Below, piece by piece: positions 10,061 to 18,891 of a stretch of 64,000 nt of DNA. The translations under genes and the position numbers were made by a program. The notes below the pieces were generated by a model that was given only the letters and a program-made list of their open reading frames with translations, made no database searches and was not told the DNA's origin. The stretch is taken from the IMG/VR virus record IMGVR_UViG_3300035208_003503, positions 484 to 64,483 of that record. One strand, written 5' to 3'. Origin of the DNA: a virus. Lineage: Duplodnaviria > Caudoviricetes. Each line of letters opens with the position of its first letter. Positions within the stretch are counted from its first letter, which is position 1.

Positions 10061-10315
10061 TGATATTAACCTTTTAGGAGGTATAGACAGATTCCCGAGC
10101 CCCTTTCCCTAGGCACGTTAGAGTAGGTAGGGAATAGTCCAGAGCGGATGATAAGGCAGTAGCGGGTTAATGCTCTCAAAGCCTGGGAAGTATCCCTTAA
10201 TGCTGACACAATCTCACTGCACGTAAATCATACCTGTTAAGGCAAGGTGTGGAGATTCCTTGAACAGTGGAGTCTTAGTGGTGAGGGCCCCGGGGTAATG
10301 CCCGGGGTTAAGTCC
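10058..10315 (+). ncRNA. candidate structured ncRNA 2
   Basis: GC-enriched ORF-free stretch after the promoter; stems TTCCCT/AGGGAA, AGAGC/GCTCT, AATCTC/GAGATT, CCCGGG-N6-CCCGGG and ATTAACC/GGTTAAT. Confidence 0.5.
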
Positions 10316-10335
10316 TTATTATTATTAAACTTATA

Positions 10336-10770
10336 ATGGAGAATAAAATGAAAGAGAAAATTAAAAACAAAGCAGTAGCCACTCTCATCTACCTCGTAAT
10401 CTTTGCCGGTCCGATATTCCTCGTGATGTGTATTATGGCCTCAGTTTCCGGGTTTGTTCCCTCTTCCGAGGAAGCAGCTAACACTTTCGCGGGTCTCCTT
10501 CTCATAGGAGGATTCGGAACCTTCTGCACGATGAAGTACGTTCTGTACGTCGTCGGAGAGAAGGTAGGGCACATGGGATGCCTTGAATGGGTAACTGCTC
10601 AGGACCTCAAAAAAGGGAGTTTGATAGCCCTGGAAGAAGAGTACCTAGAAGTCCTTAGTATCAAAAAAAATGATACTAAGGTTACTGGGAAATATGAAGG
10701 ACTCGACGGAGTCCATGAATTTATGTTTAAAAATGAAGACAAGCTACAGGTTATAAAGGCCTGTAGTTAA
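10336..10770 (+). CDS. membrane protein (2 TM) with C-terminal KOW/SH3-like domain
   Basis: Two hydrophobic helices, then AQDLKKGSLIALEEEYLEVLSI. Confidence 0.55.
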   Translation: MENKMKEKIKNKAVATLIYLVIFAGPIFLVMCIMASVSGFVPSSEEAANTFAGLLLIGGFGTFCTMKYVLYVVGEKVGHMGCLEWVTAQDLKKGSLIALEEEYLEVLSIKKNDTKVTGKYEGLDGVHEFMFKNEDKLQVIKACS

Positions 10771-10774
10771 TAAC

Positions 10775-11125
10775 TGAAGACTAAGGACCAAGTCTATAAA
10801 CAAAGGTCAACCCCACCTCTTCCGGGACATCGGAAAGTGGGTCTGTGGTACCCTCCGGCGGGAGGATCTGCAGGGGCCAGTATGGTCCGAAGTTTAGAGC
10901 GCCCCGAGCTACGGGCGTTTGACACAGGGTGGTGGAGGGATAAACGGCGGCGTTAGCTCTTGCTTAGCAAGGATACGTCGGAACAGGTTGGTTGATCCTA
11001 TACATAGGTTTATCCTATAAAAAACAACAAATGGGAGGGTACTCTGTATGTCCACAGGGTCCCTGTCCTGGAGGTAGTGCCTTCTTCCGCATTGGAATCC
11101 GAAATTATAGTGACTAAATTTTAAA
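10775..11125 (+). ncRNA. candidate structured ncRNA 3
   Basis: GC-rich intergenic region; long-range GTACCCTCC (10848-10856)/GGAGGGTAC (11034-11042) helix extended by CTGTGG/CCACAG; local hairpins TTCCG/CGGAA, CGCCC/GGGCG and CTTG/CAAG. Confidence 0.55.
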
Positions 11126-11145
11126 AACAATTCATAGGTTGAACC

Positions 11146-11364
11146 ATGGATGTTTGGAAAAAAATAAAAAAAATCCCTGGTCGTAAAAGATATATGATGG
11201 CAGGGGATGAGGTAGTAGGAATAGTGACAATGGCAGCTACCTACGAAATAGAAGGTAGGTATGCGTCAGAAGACGAATACTGTATGCAACGGTACATAAA
11301 CAGAAGAATAAAGACGAAAGAGAAGTACCACAGTACTCAAAATAATCCCAAAAATGTGTTATAA
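11146..11364 (+). CDS. hypothetical protein
   Basis: 72-aa ORF; AGGT SD; its 3' end overlaps the next promoter motif. Confidence 0.45.
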   Translation: MDVWKKIKKIPGRKRYMMAGDEVVGIVTMAATYEIEGRYASEDEYCMQRYINRRIKTKEKYHSTQNNPKNVL

Positions 11365-11365
11365 G

Positions 11366-11795
11366 AATTTGAGGTAGAAACCGCTATACGCACTATAGTA
11401 TGGAACCTCCTTGACTATCTATGGAGTCTATACCCATAGAGGGTGCTACCCGGCATCTTTAAAAAAGGGGTGCGCTCATGGAGCGGGATCGACAAGTCTA
11501 TGAAGCTGATCACTTCAAGATGTTGTCCGGCATGCATCTTAAAAGGATGTGATGCAGATCGAATCCTAGGCTGAAGAGCGCCCCCACGTGGGGACGTGAC
11601 CTTTAGCGATCCAGTATAGCGGTGTTGCTATACCCGGTGAATCCCGGGACGAAATGTATACTGCGGGCACGTGCAGGTATATGTCTAGTCAGATTACCCA
11701 GGTTTAAATTGCTAGCTCCCCCGCTAGTAATGAGGGTTATATGGGGTGCCCCATGCGGGTAGCAGTTCCACCAGCGCCGGGTGGGACTGTGGTCC
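11366..11795 (+). ncRNA. candidate large structured ncRNA 4 (~430 nt)
   Basis: Follows TGTGTTATAAG at 11355; 10-bp long-range helix ACCGCTATAC (11380-11389)/GTATAGCGGT (11614-11623); nested GGATCG/CGATCC; many local hairpins; no ORF of 60 aa or more on either strand. Confidence 0.65.
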
Positions 11796-11901
11796 TATTA
11801 TTATCAGTATTTTATTTACATATTTTTTTGGAGATTACTATGATGAGATGAAATGTATCTGAGGTTAGGGCTAAAGCCCGTATCGTAAACAATAAAAATT
11901 T

Positions 11902-12495
11902 ATGGAGAGTTACATGGAAAAAGAAACCCCTGGGAAAGTGCCCTGGAGAGAGCATGCTATATTTGGATTTGATTCTGCTATGATATGCAAAGATCAAGAA
12001 CTGCTGCCAGCAGTGGCTGACGCAGTTGAATTGGTATATGATAAGGTTTTTGACGCATTTATCAAATGTGTAGACAAAGAAGGTGTAGCATCCAAAAACT
12101 TGAGCATAAAACCCTACGACGAAGAGGATGAAGAACTCCTAAAAAGAATTGTTGAAGGAGAAGAGGTTAAAACCCTATGGGTTATAGTGACCGCTAGCAG
12201 AGAATCAGCACTAAGGGAGCTTACAGTTGAATTGCTTGGGGGCCTGTCTAAAAAACTGTATAAAAAATATACAGTCGAGGACGCAGACCCCATGATAACA
12301 TTAAATGCAGGACTTAGGTTAAAGGGGGACCAGGTAACCTTAGACAGTTACAACCTTAACTTCTGCATCGTAATGGGTGGAGCAAAAATATTTGCTATTC
12401 TAGAGGAGGATAGCCCGCAGTATGCCAGCCTTAAAACCGTTTTAACCAACGTTAAAGAAGAGTTAGTAAAAAGGGAAAAAGAGAAGGCTGCCTAG
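11902..12495 (+). CDS. hypothetical protein
   Basis: 197-aa ORF followed by a terminator. Confidence 0.6.
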   Translation: MESYMEKETPGKVPWREHAIFGFDSAMICKDQELLPAVADAVELVYDKVFDAFIKCVDKEGVASKNLSIKPYDEEDEELLKRIVEGEEVKTLWVIVTASRESALRELTVELLGGLSKKLYKKYTVEDADPMITLNAGLRLKGDQVTLDSYNLNFCIVMGGAKIFAILEEDSPQYASLKTVLTNVKEELVKREKEKAA

Positions 12496-12509
12496 CTAAC
12501 AAAGTATAA

Positions 12510-12539
12510 AAGGGCCTTCGGGCCCTTGTTCTTTTTTTT
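12510..12539 (+). terminator. intrinsic terminator
   Basis: AAGGGCC-TTCG-GGCCCTT followed by a T-tract. Confidence 0.85.
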
Positions 12540-12568
12540 ACTTTCATACCCTTTTTCGTTATAAGTAT

Positions 12569-13219
12569 GTGGAGCTTTATTATTTTAAAAGAGGAAACAT
12601 TATGAGTCCAAGAATTTATCAAGACAACGAGGTTGAGAGTACTATGAAAGCCGGAGAACTCTTTCGTAGATTTATTACGGATCAAAAAGTAATAATAAAC
12701 CTGGAGCAGATTAACGAAGTTACCCTTGAAAGGTTTAAAAACCTTATGGAGGTGTTCTTTAATGACTCCATGGTACGCATGCGTAAAGACAGAGACACCG
12801 GTTTAGTAGAAGATCTTAAACCTGACGAGATCTTTGTATTCGGAAGTAACTTGTCAGGTCGCCATGGAAAAGGTGCAGCTAAGATGGCTATGAGGTGGGG
12901 AGCTAAATACGGGAAGGGTTCAGGCCCTCAGAATAGAACCTACGCTATACCCACAAAAACAGCTAACATCAAGAAGACCCTTGGACTCAATGAAATACGA
13001 AAGTATGTAGATGAGTTCATAGACTACGCTGAAAAACACCCGGAACAGACATTTCTGGTCACTGAGATAGGGTGCGGACTTGCAGGTCTTAGGCCTGATG
13101 ACGTAGGGCCTATGTTCTTACCTGCTGTTAGACATAAAAATATTAAACTCCCAAAACGCTTCTGGAAGGCTATCGAAAAAGACTGCCGCAAGCGCTTTGA
13201 TAAAATTCTTAAGAAGTAG
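12569..13219 (+). CDS. macrodomain-like phage protein (A1S_2505 family)
   Basis: IFVFGSNLSGRHGKGAA...YAIPTK...FLVTEIGCGLAG signature. Confidence 0.75.
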   Translation: MELYYFKRGNIMSPRIYQDNEVESTMKAGELFRRFITDQKVIINLEQINEVTLERFKNLMEVFFNDSMVRMRKDRDTGLVEDLKPDEIFVFGSNLSGRHGKGAAKMAMRWGAKYGKGSGPQNRTYAIPTKTANIKKTLGLNEIRKYVDEFIDYAEKHPEQTFLVTEIGCGLAGLRPDDVGPMFLPAVRHKNIKLPKRFWKAIEKDCRKRFDKILKK

Positions 13220-13227
13220 GAGGTATA

Positions 13228-13563
13228 ATGAGCATAGCTTACTTAAATCTTATAGGACTACTAGTCGCTCACTACGTGGGTGACTTTATATTCCAACCAC
13301 GCTTTATCGGCGATAACAAGTCGAAAAAACCTGAGATAATGGCTCTACACTGTTTGCTATACGCCTTACCATTCTGGTTATTATTTGGACCTGAAGTGGC
13401 CTTGGCAACTGGAGCTCTCCACTTCCCAGTGGACATGCTGTCGAGCCAGATTACTAGGATGCTTTACAAAGAAAAACAGTACTATGGGTTCTTCAGTATA
13501 ATAGGACTGGATCAATTGATGCACTACGTAGTGCTGATCTATACCCTGCACTTTATGCTGTAA
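13228..13563 (+). CDS. DUF3307-family membrane protein
   Basis: LVAHYVGDFIFQP...H..LY...HFPVD...GLDQLMH pattern. Confidence 0.75.
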   Translation: MSIAYLNLIGLLVAHYVGDFIFQPRFIGDNKSKKPEIMALHCLLYALPFWLLFGPEVALATGALHFPVDMLSSQITRMLYKEKQYYGFFSIIGLDQLMHYVVLIYTLHFML

Positions 13564-13638
13564 AGAATCATACCAGGTCTGGGAGAGCATAAAACCTCTG
13601 TACCAAAGAAATGGCAACCCTATAATAGGAGACGTGTA

Positions 13639-13980
13639 ATGAAAATAGTAACCTGGAAAGAATTCATGAAGTTGCCTATGGGAACGGTGTTCTCTTTTTA
13701 TGAACCTATGGCCTTTAATAACCTAATGATAAAAACTAGTGACTTGCAGCGAAGTGACTTCGATTTTTACTACTGCTCACTAGTCGGTGCTGTAGACAAT
13801 GATGATACGGGTGACTTCCTCGATAAATGCACGGCAATGGAAGAAGAAGGCGCATCCTTTCCTGCTAACTTCGAGATGGAGAACAGGGACGGTATGTTCG
13901 ATACAGATAGACTATTCGCTATCTATGAAATACTTGATGTAGAGGAGCTGATACGGGTACTTAAGGAAACTATTTATTAA
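13639..13980 (+). CDS. hypothetical phage protein
   Basis: AGGAG SD; 113 aa. Confidence 0.55.
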   Translation: MKIVTWKEFMKLPMGTVFSFYEPMAFNNLMIKTSDLQRSDFDFYYCSLVGAVDNDDTGDFLDKCTAMEEEGASFPANFEMENRDGMFDTDRLFAIYEILDVEELIRVLKETIY

Positions 13981-13990
13981 GGAGGACATA

Positions 13991-14320
13991 GTGGGAAAAA
14001 GCCTAGGAGAAGTTAGAAGAGAAAGACTTGCTAAGTACTACCCTAATGGGCTTCCTACCTATGATGATTTCAAGGTAGGGGACCCGGTTAAGATAATAAC
14101 CCCTATGCAGGACTTCAGGTTTTTCAATTACCAAACTGGTACTGTTACTAAGAACACAAAGGAGTACCTGGGTATCAACGTTAAATTTGATGAGCCAATG
14201 AAGTACGAGAACGGGTACATACTTGAAGAGTATAATTTTGAAGCCAGTGATCTGGTAAAACTTAGAGCCACTAGGCCACAACACAAAAAAAGGAGAAGAA
14301 AAAATGACCCAGAAAAGTAA
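13991..14320 (+). CDS. KOW/SH3-like hypothetical protein
   Basis: FKVGDPVKI...GTV...INVKFD; GGAGG SD with GTG start. Confidence 0.5.
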   Translation: MGKSLGEVRRERLAKYYPNGLPTYDDFKVGDPVKIITPMQDFRFFNYQTGTVTKNTKEYLGINVKFDEPMKYENGYILEEYNFEASDLVKLRATRPQHKKRRRKNDPEK

Positions 14321-15215
14321 AAAATTTGTAGAAGGCGATATAGTATACAGCATAGCTACAGGAGATAGATTTAAATTCTTCTCCTATATTACAGTAGAAT
14401 TCAAAGGGGTAGGTCCCAAAGAGATAGCCCTTGTAGCACAAGAAAAGCAACATATTGGAAGATGGGTGACGAATACTAGCCTGGACAGAATAGACCCCAG
14501 CCTGCTGACAAAGGAAGCACCCCTAACTGCTTCCGAGAAAAAAGCAGAGGAACTTAAGAAGACTATAGCTGAGCTGGAGCTTAAAGTTTCGACTATCAAA
14601 CAACAAAATGTTAGTTTGAACAGATTTGTAAAGACCATAGAACAAGGACTTAAGCCTGCTGAGATGGGAAAGCTTGAGGACTTCTTCAAACCCGGTAGCG
14701 CTAGATACGTAGTTAGGCCTACAGGGAGAATCTTTGAAATAGCCAAGAGCACCAGGGAGCTTTCCCCTTGTTTTGAACTGAAGGTGTCGCTATCTGATTA
14801 TTCTAAGCAGCTAACCTACAGACACACTATGAACGGTAATACCGTAGAAGTAGCTAAAACTCTTAAGGAAGCTAAAGAAATACGTGCTAAGAAGCTTATC
14901 TCTAAGTTAGGTTTAGACACCTACAGCTTACAAAATGCATTCGGACCCAACGAAGATATAGAGGAGGACCTTATGAAGAGGGTAATTAAAAACTCTATCA
15001 CTAAGCTTGAAAGGATGGTAGGAACAGCCATAAAAAACTTAGAAGCTAACTTATACGATATCGAAATACTGGAAAGAATGCTAGGAGAGGGTCTGCCTAC
15101 CACTATTTCGGAATACCAAGAAAGGCGTTCAAAATCACTGGACAAAGATACCGAAACATTCGATGAAAAGTTCCCTAAACTTGCGATACTTAAAAAGGAG
15201 TACACAAATGAATAA
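14304..15215 (+). CDS. coiled-coil hypothetical protein
   Basis: 303 aa; AGGAG SD. Confidence 0.6.
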   Translation: MTQKSKKFVEGDIVYSIATGDRFKFFSYITVEFKGVGPKEIALVAQEKQHIGRWVTNTSLDRIDPSLLTKEAPLTASEKKAEELKKTIAELELKVSTIKQQNVSLNRFVKTIEQGLKPAEMGKLEDFFKPGSARYVVRPTGRIFEIAKSTRELSPCFELKVSLSDYSKQLTYRHTMNGNTVEVAKTLKEAKEIRAKKLISKLGLDTYSLQNAFGPNEDIEEDLMKRVIKNSITKLERMVGTAIKNLEANLYDIEILERMLGEGLPTTISEYQERRSKSLDKDTETFDEKFPKLAILKKEYTNE

Positions 15216-16077
15216 TGAAGAAGTAAAACGAAGGATAAGGGAGCTCAACCCTTTCAAAATGCCATGGGAAGTAGCTGGGGTTTGCAACCTTGAAGCTGAA
15301 TTCGCCACCTGCCTAGCAGAGGGACCTGTAGACCTCGAGCCTATAGACTTTAAGGACTTCCCTAGAGTAGTCGAGTTCCTTGCTACGGAAGAATACGATA
15401 TCATGGATCGCTATCGCCATGCTGTAAAAGAATCAGTAGGTGAAGCAGCTTACTCAAATAGATGGGTACAAGACTATGCCAATGATCAATTTAAACCGGA
15501 CTACAACGTAAAAGGGTTCAGAGACGCTTGCCACAGCCTCAAAGCTGTGTGTACTGCATTCCTTACCTTTAAAGTTCCGGACGTCCCTAACTACAGCGGT
15601 GATAAGATCCCGCATCAGTACGTTGACTTTCACCTTAGGAAATTCTTCAGTCAGTTTGAAAAAGCGATACCCGGGCCTAACTTCAAAAATTTAATAGAGC
15701 TGTACAACGACTGCAGGGGTAATGAGCACATGTACCTTGCCTTCGGGGTTCCTGACTTTCCAATAGCTAAGTTCATTGATATGATGAGTAACCAGGAGGA
15801 TTACGAAGAGCTTGTCATTGTTGCGAACACCTCTGTGTGGTTCGTAAGGAACTATGATGGTGAAGTTTCCAGCTCAGAGCTTTCCAATAAGACATTTAGC
15901 GACGTAACTATAAATCTTAAGAACCTTGATTGGAAACTCTACGTTGACCGTCAGGGCCCAGTGGATATCTATGAAATGTGCTGGCTTAAAGGTGTGGACC
16001 AAGATTACTTTGAAGAGCGACTTCTCCCCAATCCCAAGATAAGGGAAAAGATGGAGAAAGGGCTGGTGCCGAGATGA
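15208..16077 (+). CDS. hypothetical protein
   Basis: AAGGAG SD before ATG 15208 (track ORF 15163..16077). Confidence 0.6.
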   Translation: MNNEEVKRRIRELNPFKMPWEVAGVCNLEAEFATCLAEGPVDLEPIDFKDFPRVVEFLATEEYDIMDRYRHAVKESVGEAAYSNRWVQDYANDQFKPDYNVKGFRDACHSLKAVCTAFLTFKVPDVPNYSGDKIPHQYVDFHLRKFFSQFEKAIPGPNFKNLIELYNDCRGNEHMYLAFGVPDFPIAKFIDMMSNQEDYEELVIVANTSVWFVRNYDGEVSSSELSNKTFSDVTINLKNLDWKLYVDRQGPVDIYEMCWLKGVDQDYFEERLLPNPKIREKMEKGLVPR

Positions 16078-16204
16078 GAAAAATTGCATTCATAGTCCAC
16101 AATGCTATATATTTCATCCGAAAGGAATGGGACTTGGTAAAGAAATCAAAAACATTTTGTAGATCTTTGGGCTTGAATTTAAACCTAACAAAAGGAGATT
16201 ATAC

Positions 16205-16657
16205 ATGTCAACAGAACATGAAGAACTATACCTAATTGAGAGGTTAAGAGCAGCTTGCCTGGTCAAACTCAGATCTAACTCTCACAAAAAGCATTGGAAG
16301 ACCTTAAGCAACCAGCAGCTCTTAAGGCTCCTTAAAAAGGAAGTTTCGGAGCTGGAAACTTGCATTAATAAAGGTACTGAGTCCGGAGCTTGGTATGAAG
16401 CAGGAAATGTAGCCAACTTTGCAGCTATGATAGCTGACAACCTCAATAATCCAACTCAAAAACCTGAAGTGGACGAAGAAGTTGCCTGTATGTCCGACAT
16501 AGACTTTGGTGAAGAGATAGATCCTGAAGCATTCCTGTCTAAGTATGGACATCATGGATGCTATGAGATGGCTCGGCTCCTAAAGAAAGCTGCCAACGAC
16601 GACTATGAAGCCGCATTGAAGGTTAAGTATACCAACTTGAACAAAAGGAGTAAATAA
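16205..16657 (+). CDS. MazG-like / all-alpha NTP pyrophosphohydrolase-like protein
   Basis: LLRLLKKEVSELE...WYEAGNVANFAAMIAD resembles the ExxE...ExxD helices, with N in place of the Asp. Confidence 0.45.
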   Translation: MSTEHEELYLIERLRAACLVKLRSNSHKKHWKTLSNQQLLRLLKKEVSELETCINKGTESGAWYEAGNVANFAAMIADNLNNPTQKPEVDEEVACMSDIDFGEEIDPEAFLSKYGHHGCYEMARLLKKAANDDYEAALKVKYTNLNKRSK

Positions 16658-16661
16658 GATT

Positions 16662-17153
16662 ATGCCAAAATCTAAAGTACAAACAAGGATCATAAGTGCC
16701 TTCCCTGGTATGGGTAAAACTTATTTCGCAAACAACAACAAAGATACCTGTACAGACAGTGACTCAAGTAACTTCTCGTGGATCAAAGACGAGAAAGGTG
16801 AGAACACAGACGTTCGTAATCCTGACTTCCCGGAGAACTATATCCAGCACATCAAGGATAACATAGGTAAGTACGAGTATATACTGGTGTCTTCACACGA
16901 CGTAGTGCGTGCGGCTCTTCGTGATAATTGCCTGTTCTTCTACCTTGTGTACCCGGAAATGGAGGACAAAAAAGAGTTCCTTAAACGTTATAAAGAACGC
17001 GGTAGTCCTCAGTACTTCCTGGATATTCTGGAAAACAACTTTGAGAAATGGCTGGCCGATTGTAGAGAGCAGAGTGCTTGCGCTCATTATACTGGCTCTT
17101 CAACTTATCTGTCAGATATCCTCCCTAAAATAAAAGACTTCGAGGGTGACTAA
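16662..17153 (+). CDS. P-loop kinase-like phage protein
   Basis: IISAFPGMGKTY Walker A; DSDSS; RYKERG lid-like motif. Confidence 0.65.
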   Translation: MPKSKVQTRIISAFPGMGKTYFANNNKDTCTDSDSSNFSWIKDEKGENTDVRNPDFPENYIQHIKDNIGKYEYILVSSHDVVRAALRDNCLFFYLVYPEMEDKKEFLKRYKERGSPQYFLDILENNFEKWLADCREQSACAHYTGSSTYLSDILPKIKDFEGD

Positions 17154-17391
17154 CATGCAGACCAATATAATAGGACTGATACTGAGTTTAATTTTCCTCA
17201 TAGGATGGATAATATTCTTCATAACATCCAGGAAGAAAAGTTTCTTCCCTTCTATAAAAGCACCCTTGATAGGGCTAATAATTGTTAACACTCTACTCGT
17301 CTTATTCTCGGTGTTAATGCTCTACTTACGCTTAACTGGAAAAATTCAATAACGAATGTTATAAGTAGTTGTACTACCAACGGAGGAGATA

Positions 17392-18861
17392 ATGAAATTG
17401 ACTGACGAACAGAGAGTTATAGTTGACAGACTTTCTGATCCAAACTTTAATGGCAATATGAAAATAATTGCCTATGCCGGAACCGGTAAAACGACTACTT
17501 TAATGGCGATCTGCAAAGCACTGCCCAATAAGAAGATACTCAACCTATCTTTTAACAGGAGTGTAGCCGACGAAGCTAAAACTAAGTTTCCAGGCAATGT
17601 TACCAGTGAGACTTTCCACGGAATAGCGCATATCAAGATGGGCAAGCCTGACCTGGTACAGAATCCTAAAGACTTTGTTAATCAGTACCTTAAAGCCTAC
17701 CCGGAAGATTCTTTCTGGTCTGTGTGGGGAGGGTACCGTACTCTTGTTAAGTTCTGTGAGACCGATGCTACTGAGATAACTTTAGCCCATGCTCTTAATG
17801 AGAAGAATATGGACTCCTACAGAAATCTTAGTAAGAACAAAGGGTACACTGACATGTTCGTTGCAGTGGCTAAGAGAATGTGGGATCACTGGGAGGCTAA
17901 TCCAGACAGTAAAGTTCTCCACCCTATGTATCTGAAGAGATTCACTCTATCAACCGCCTGTGAGCTCAACGAGTTTGATATGCTACTAGTAGATGAAGCC
18001 CAGGATGCCAACCCAAGTATGTTAGCCATACTTAAAAAGGTAAAGTGCCAGATAGTAGTTGTTGGGGATCCACATCAACAGATCTACGAGTTTAACGGGG
18101 CTATAAACGCTCTTGACCAGTGCGACTACGAGACCTATTACTTGACCCAATCCTTTAGATTCGGGGAAGATATAGCTGAGTGGAGTAATGACATTTTGCT
18201 GCATACCAGGGCCTTTGATGGGACTCACCTTATACGAGGAAAGAAAAAAGGTAGAAGTATTATCCGTGAAGAATCGGACATGGGTACTGAAGACCTATGG
18301 AACTTGGATGCTGTTATATGCAGGACTAATAAGGATTGTTATGATTCAAGTAAAATACTTGTAAACAATTCCATACCTTATAACTTCTCAAACAGTAAGG
18401 AAGCAGCCAAAGAGCTTGATACTATACTTGAGCTACGTAGAAACTGGCCTGACAAGAAGAGATACATGGGTTGTAAAAGCTGGCTGGAGCTAGTAAGATA
18501 CTCTGGAGAGAACAGCTCGGATGTTCCGCATGCCTGGATGGTACAACATGTTGAGAAAGGCATGGGAAATGCTATAAAAGACTTCGTAGATGGATCGGTA
18601 GCCAGTGGTGTATACCTTACCACAGCGCACAGAGCTAAGGGTCTTGAGTGGGACCACGTTCTGATCACAGGTAGCTACTTCGCTGATCGTAAGAAGATCT
18701 CAGAAGAAGAGCTGCGACTGTTTTATGTAGCGTGTACTAGAGCTATAAAAACTCTGTTCATAGCTAACTCCCCTGATAATTACATGGAAATAATGGGTGA
18801 TTTTGTTAAGAAACTGAAGGAGCAGAATATTAAAGTCGTAAAGGTTTCAGACATACTTTGA
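17392..18861 (+). CDS. UvrD/Rep-like superfamily 1 helicase
   Basis: AYAGTGKTT, LLVDEAQD, VGDPHQQIY, LTQSFRFG, TAHRAKGLEW and LFYVACTRA motifs. Confidence 0.92.
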   Translation: MKLTDEQRVIVDRLSDPNFNGNMKIIAYAGTGKTTTLMAICKALPNKKILNLSFNRSVADEAKTKFPGNVTSETFHGIAHIKMGKPDLVQNPKDFVNQYLKAYPEDSFWSVWGGYRTLVKFCETDATEITLAHALNEKNMDSYRNLSKNKGYTDMFVAVAKRMWDHWEANPDSKVLHPMYLKRFTLSTACELNEFDMLLVDEAQDANPSMLAILKKVKCQIVVVGDPHQQIYEFNGAINALDQCDYETYYLTQSFRFGEDIAEWSNDILLHTRAFDGTHLIRGKKKGRSIIREESDMGTEDLWNLDAVICRTNKDCYDSSKILVNNSIPYNFSNSKEAAKELDTILELRRNWPDKKRYMGCKSWLELVRYSGENSSDVPHAWMVQHVEKGMGNAIKDFVDGSVASGVYLTTAHRAKGLEWDHVLITGSYFADRKKISEEELRLFYVACTRAIKTLFIANSPDNYMEIMGDFVKKLKEQNIKVVKVSDIL

Positions 18862-18891
18862 TTTTTAGCAAATGTATTGCTATAATACTTT

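Noticed and set aside
10125-10145. Group I intron S-element-like ATAGTCC
   Set aside because: No matching R element (CAGAGACTA) and no interrupted gene or exon context
10775-11125. RNase P RNA or c-di-GMP riboswitch
   Set aside because: Conserved GAGGAAAGUCC and ACAGAA..CGGCUUA elements, and the GCAAA/GNRA-receptor motifs, are not present
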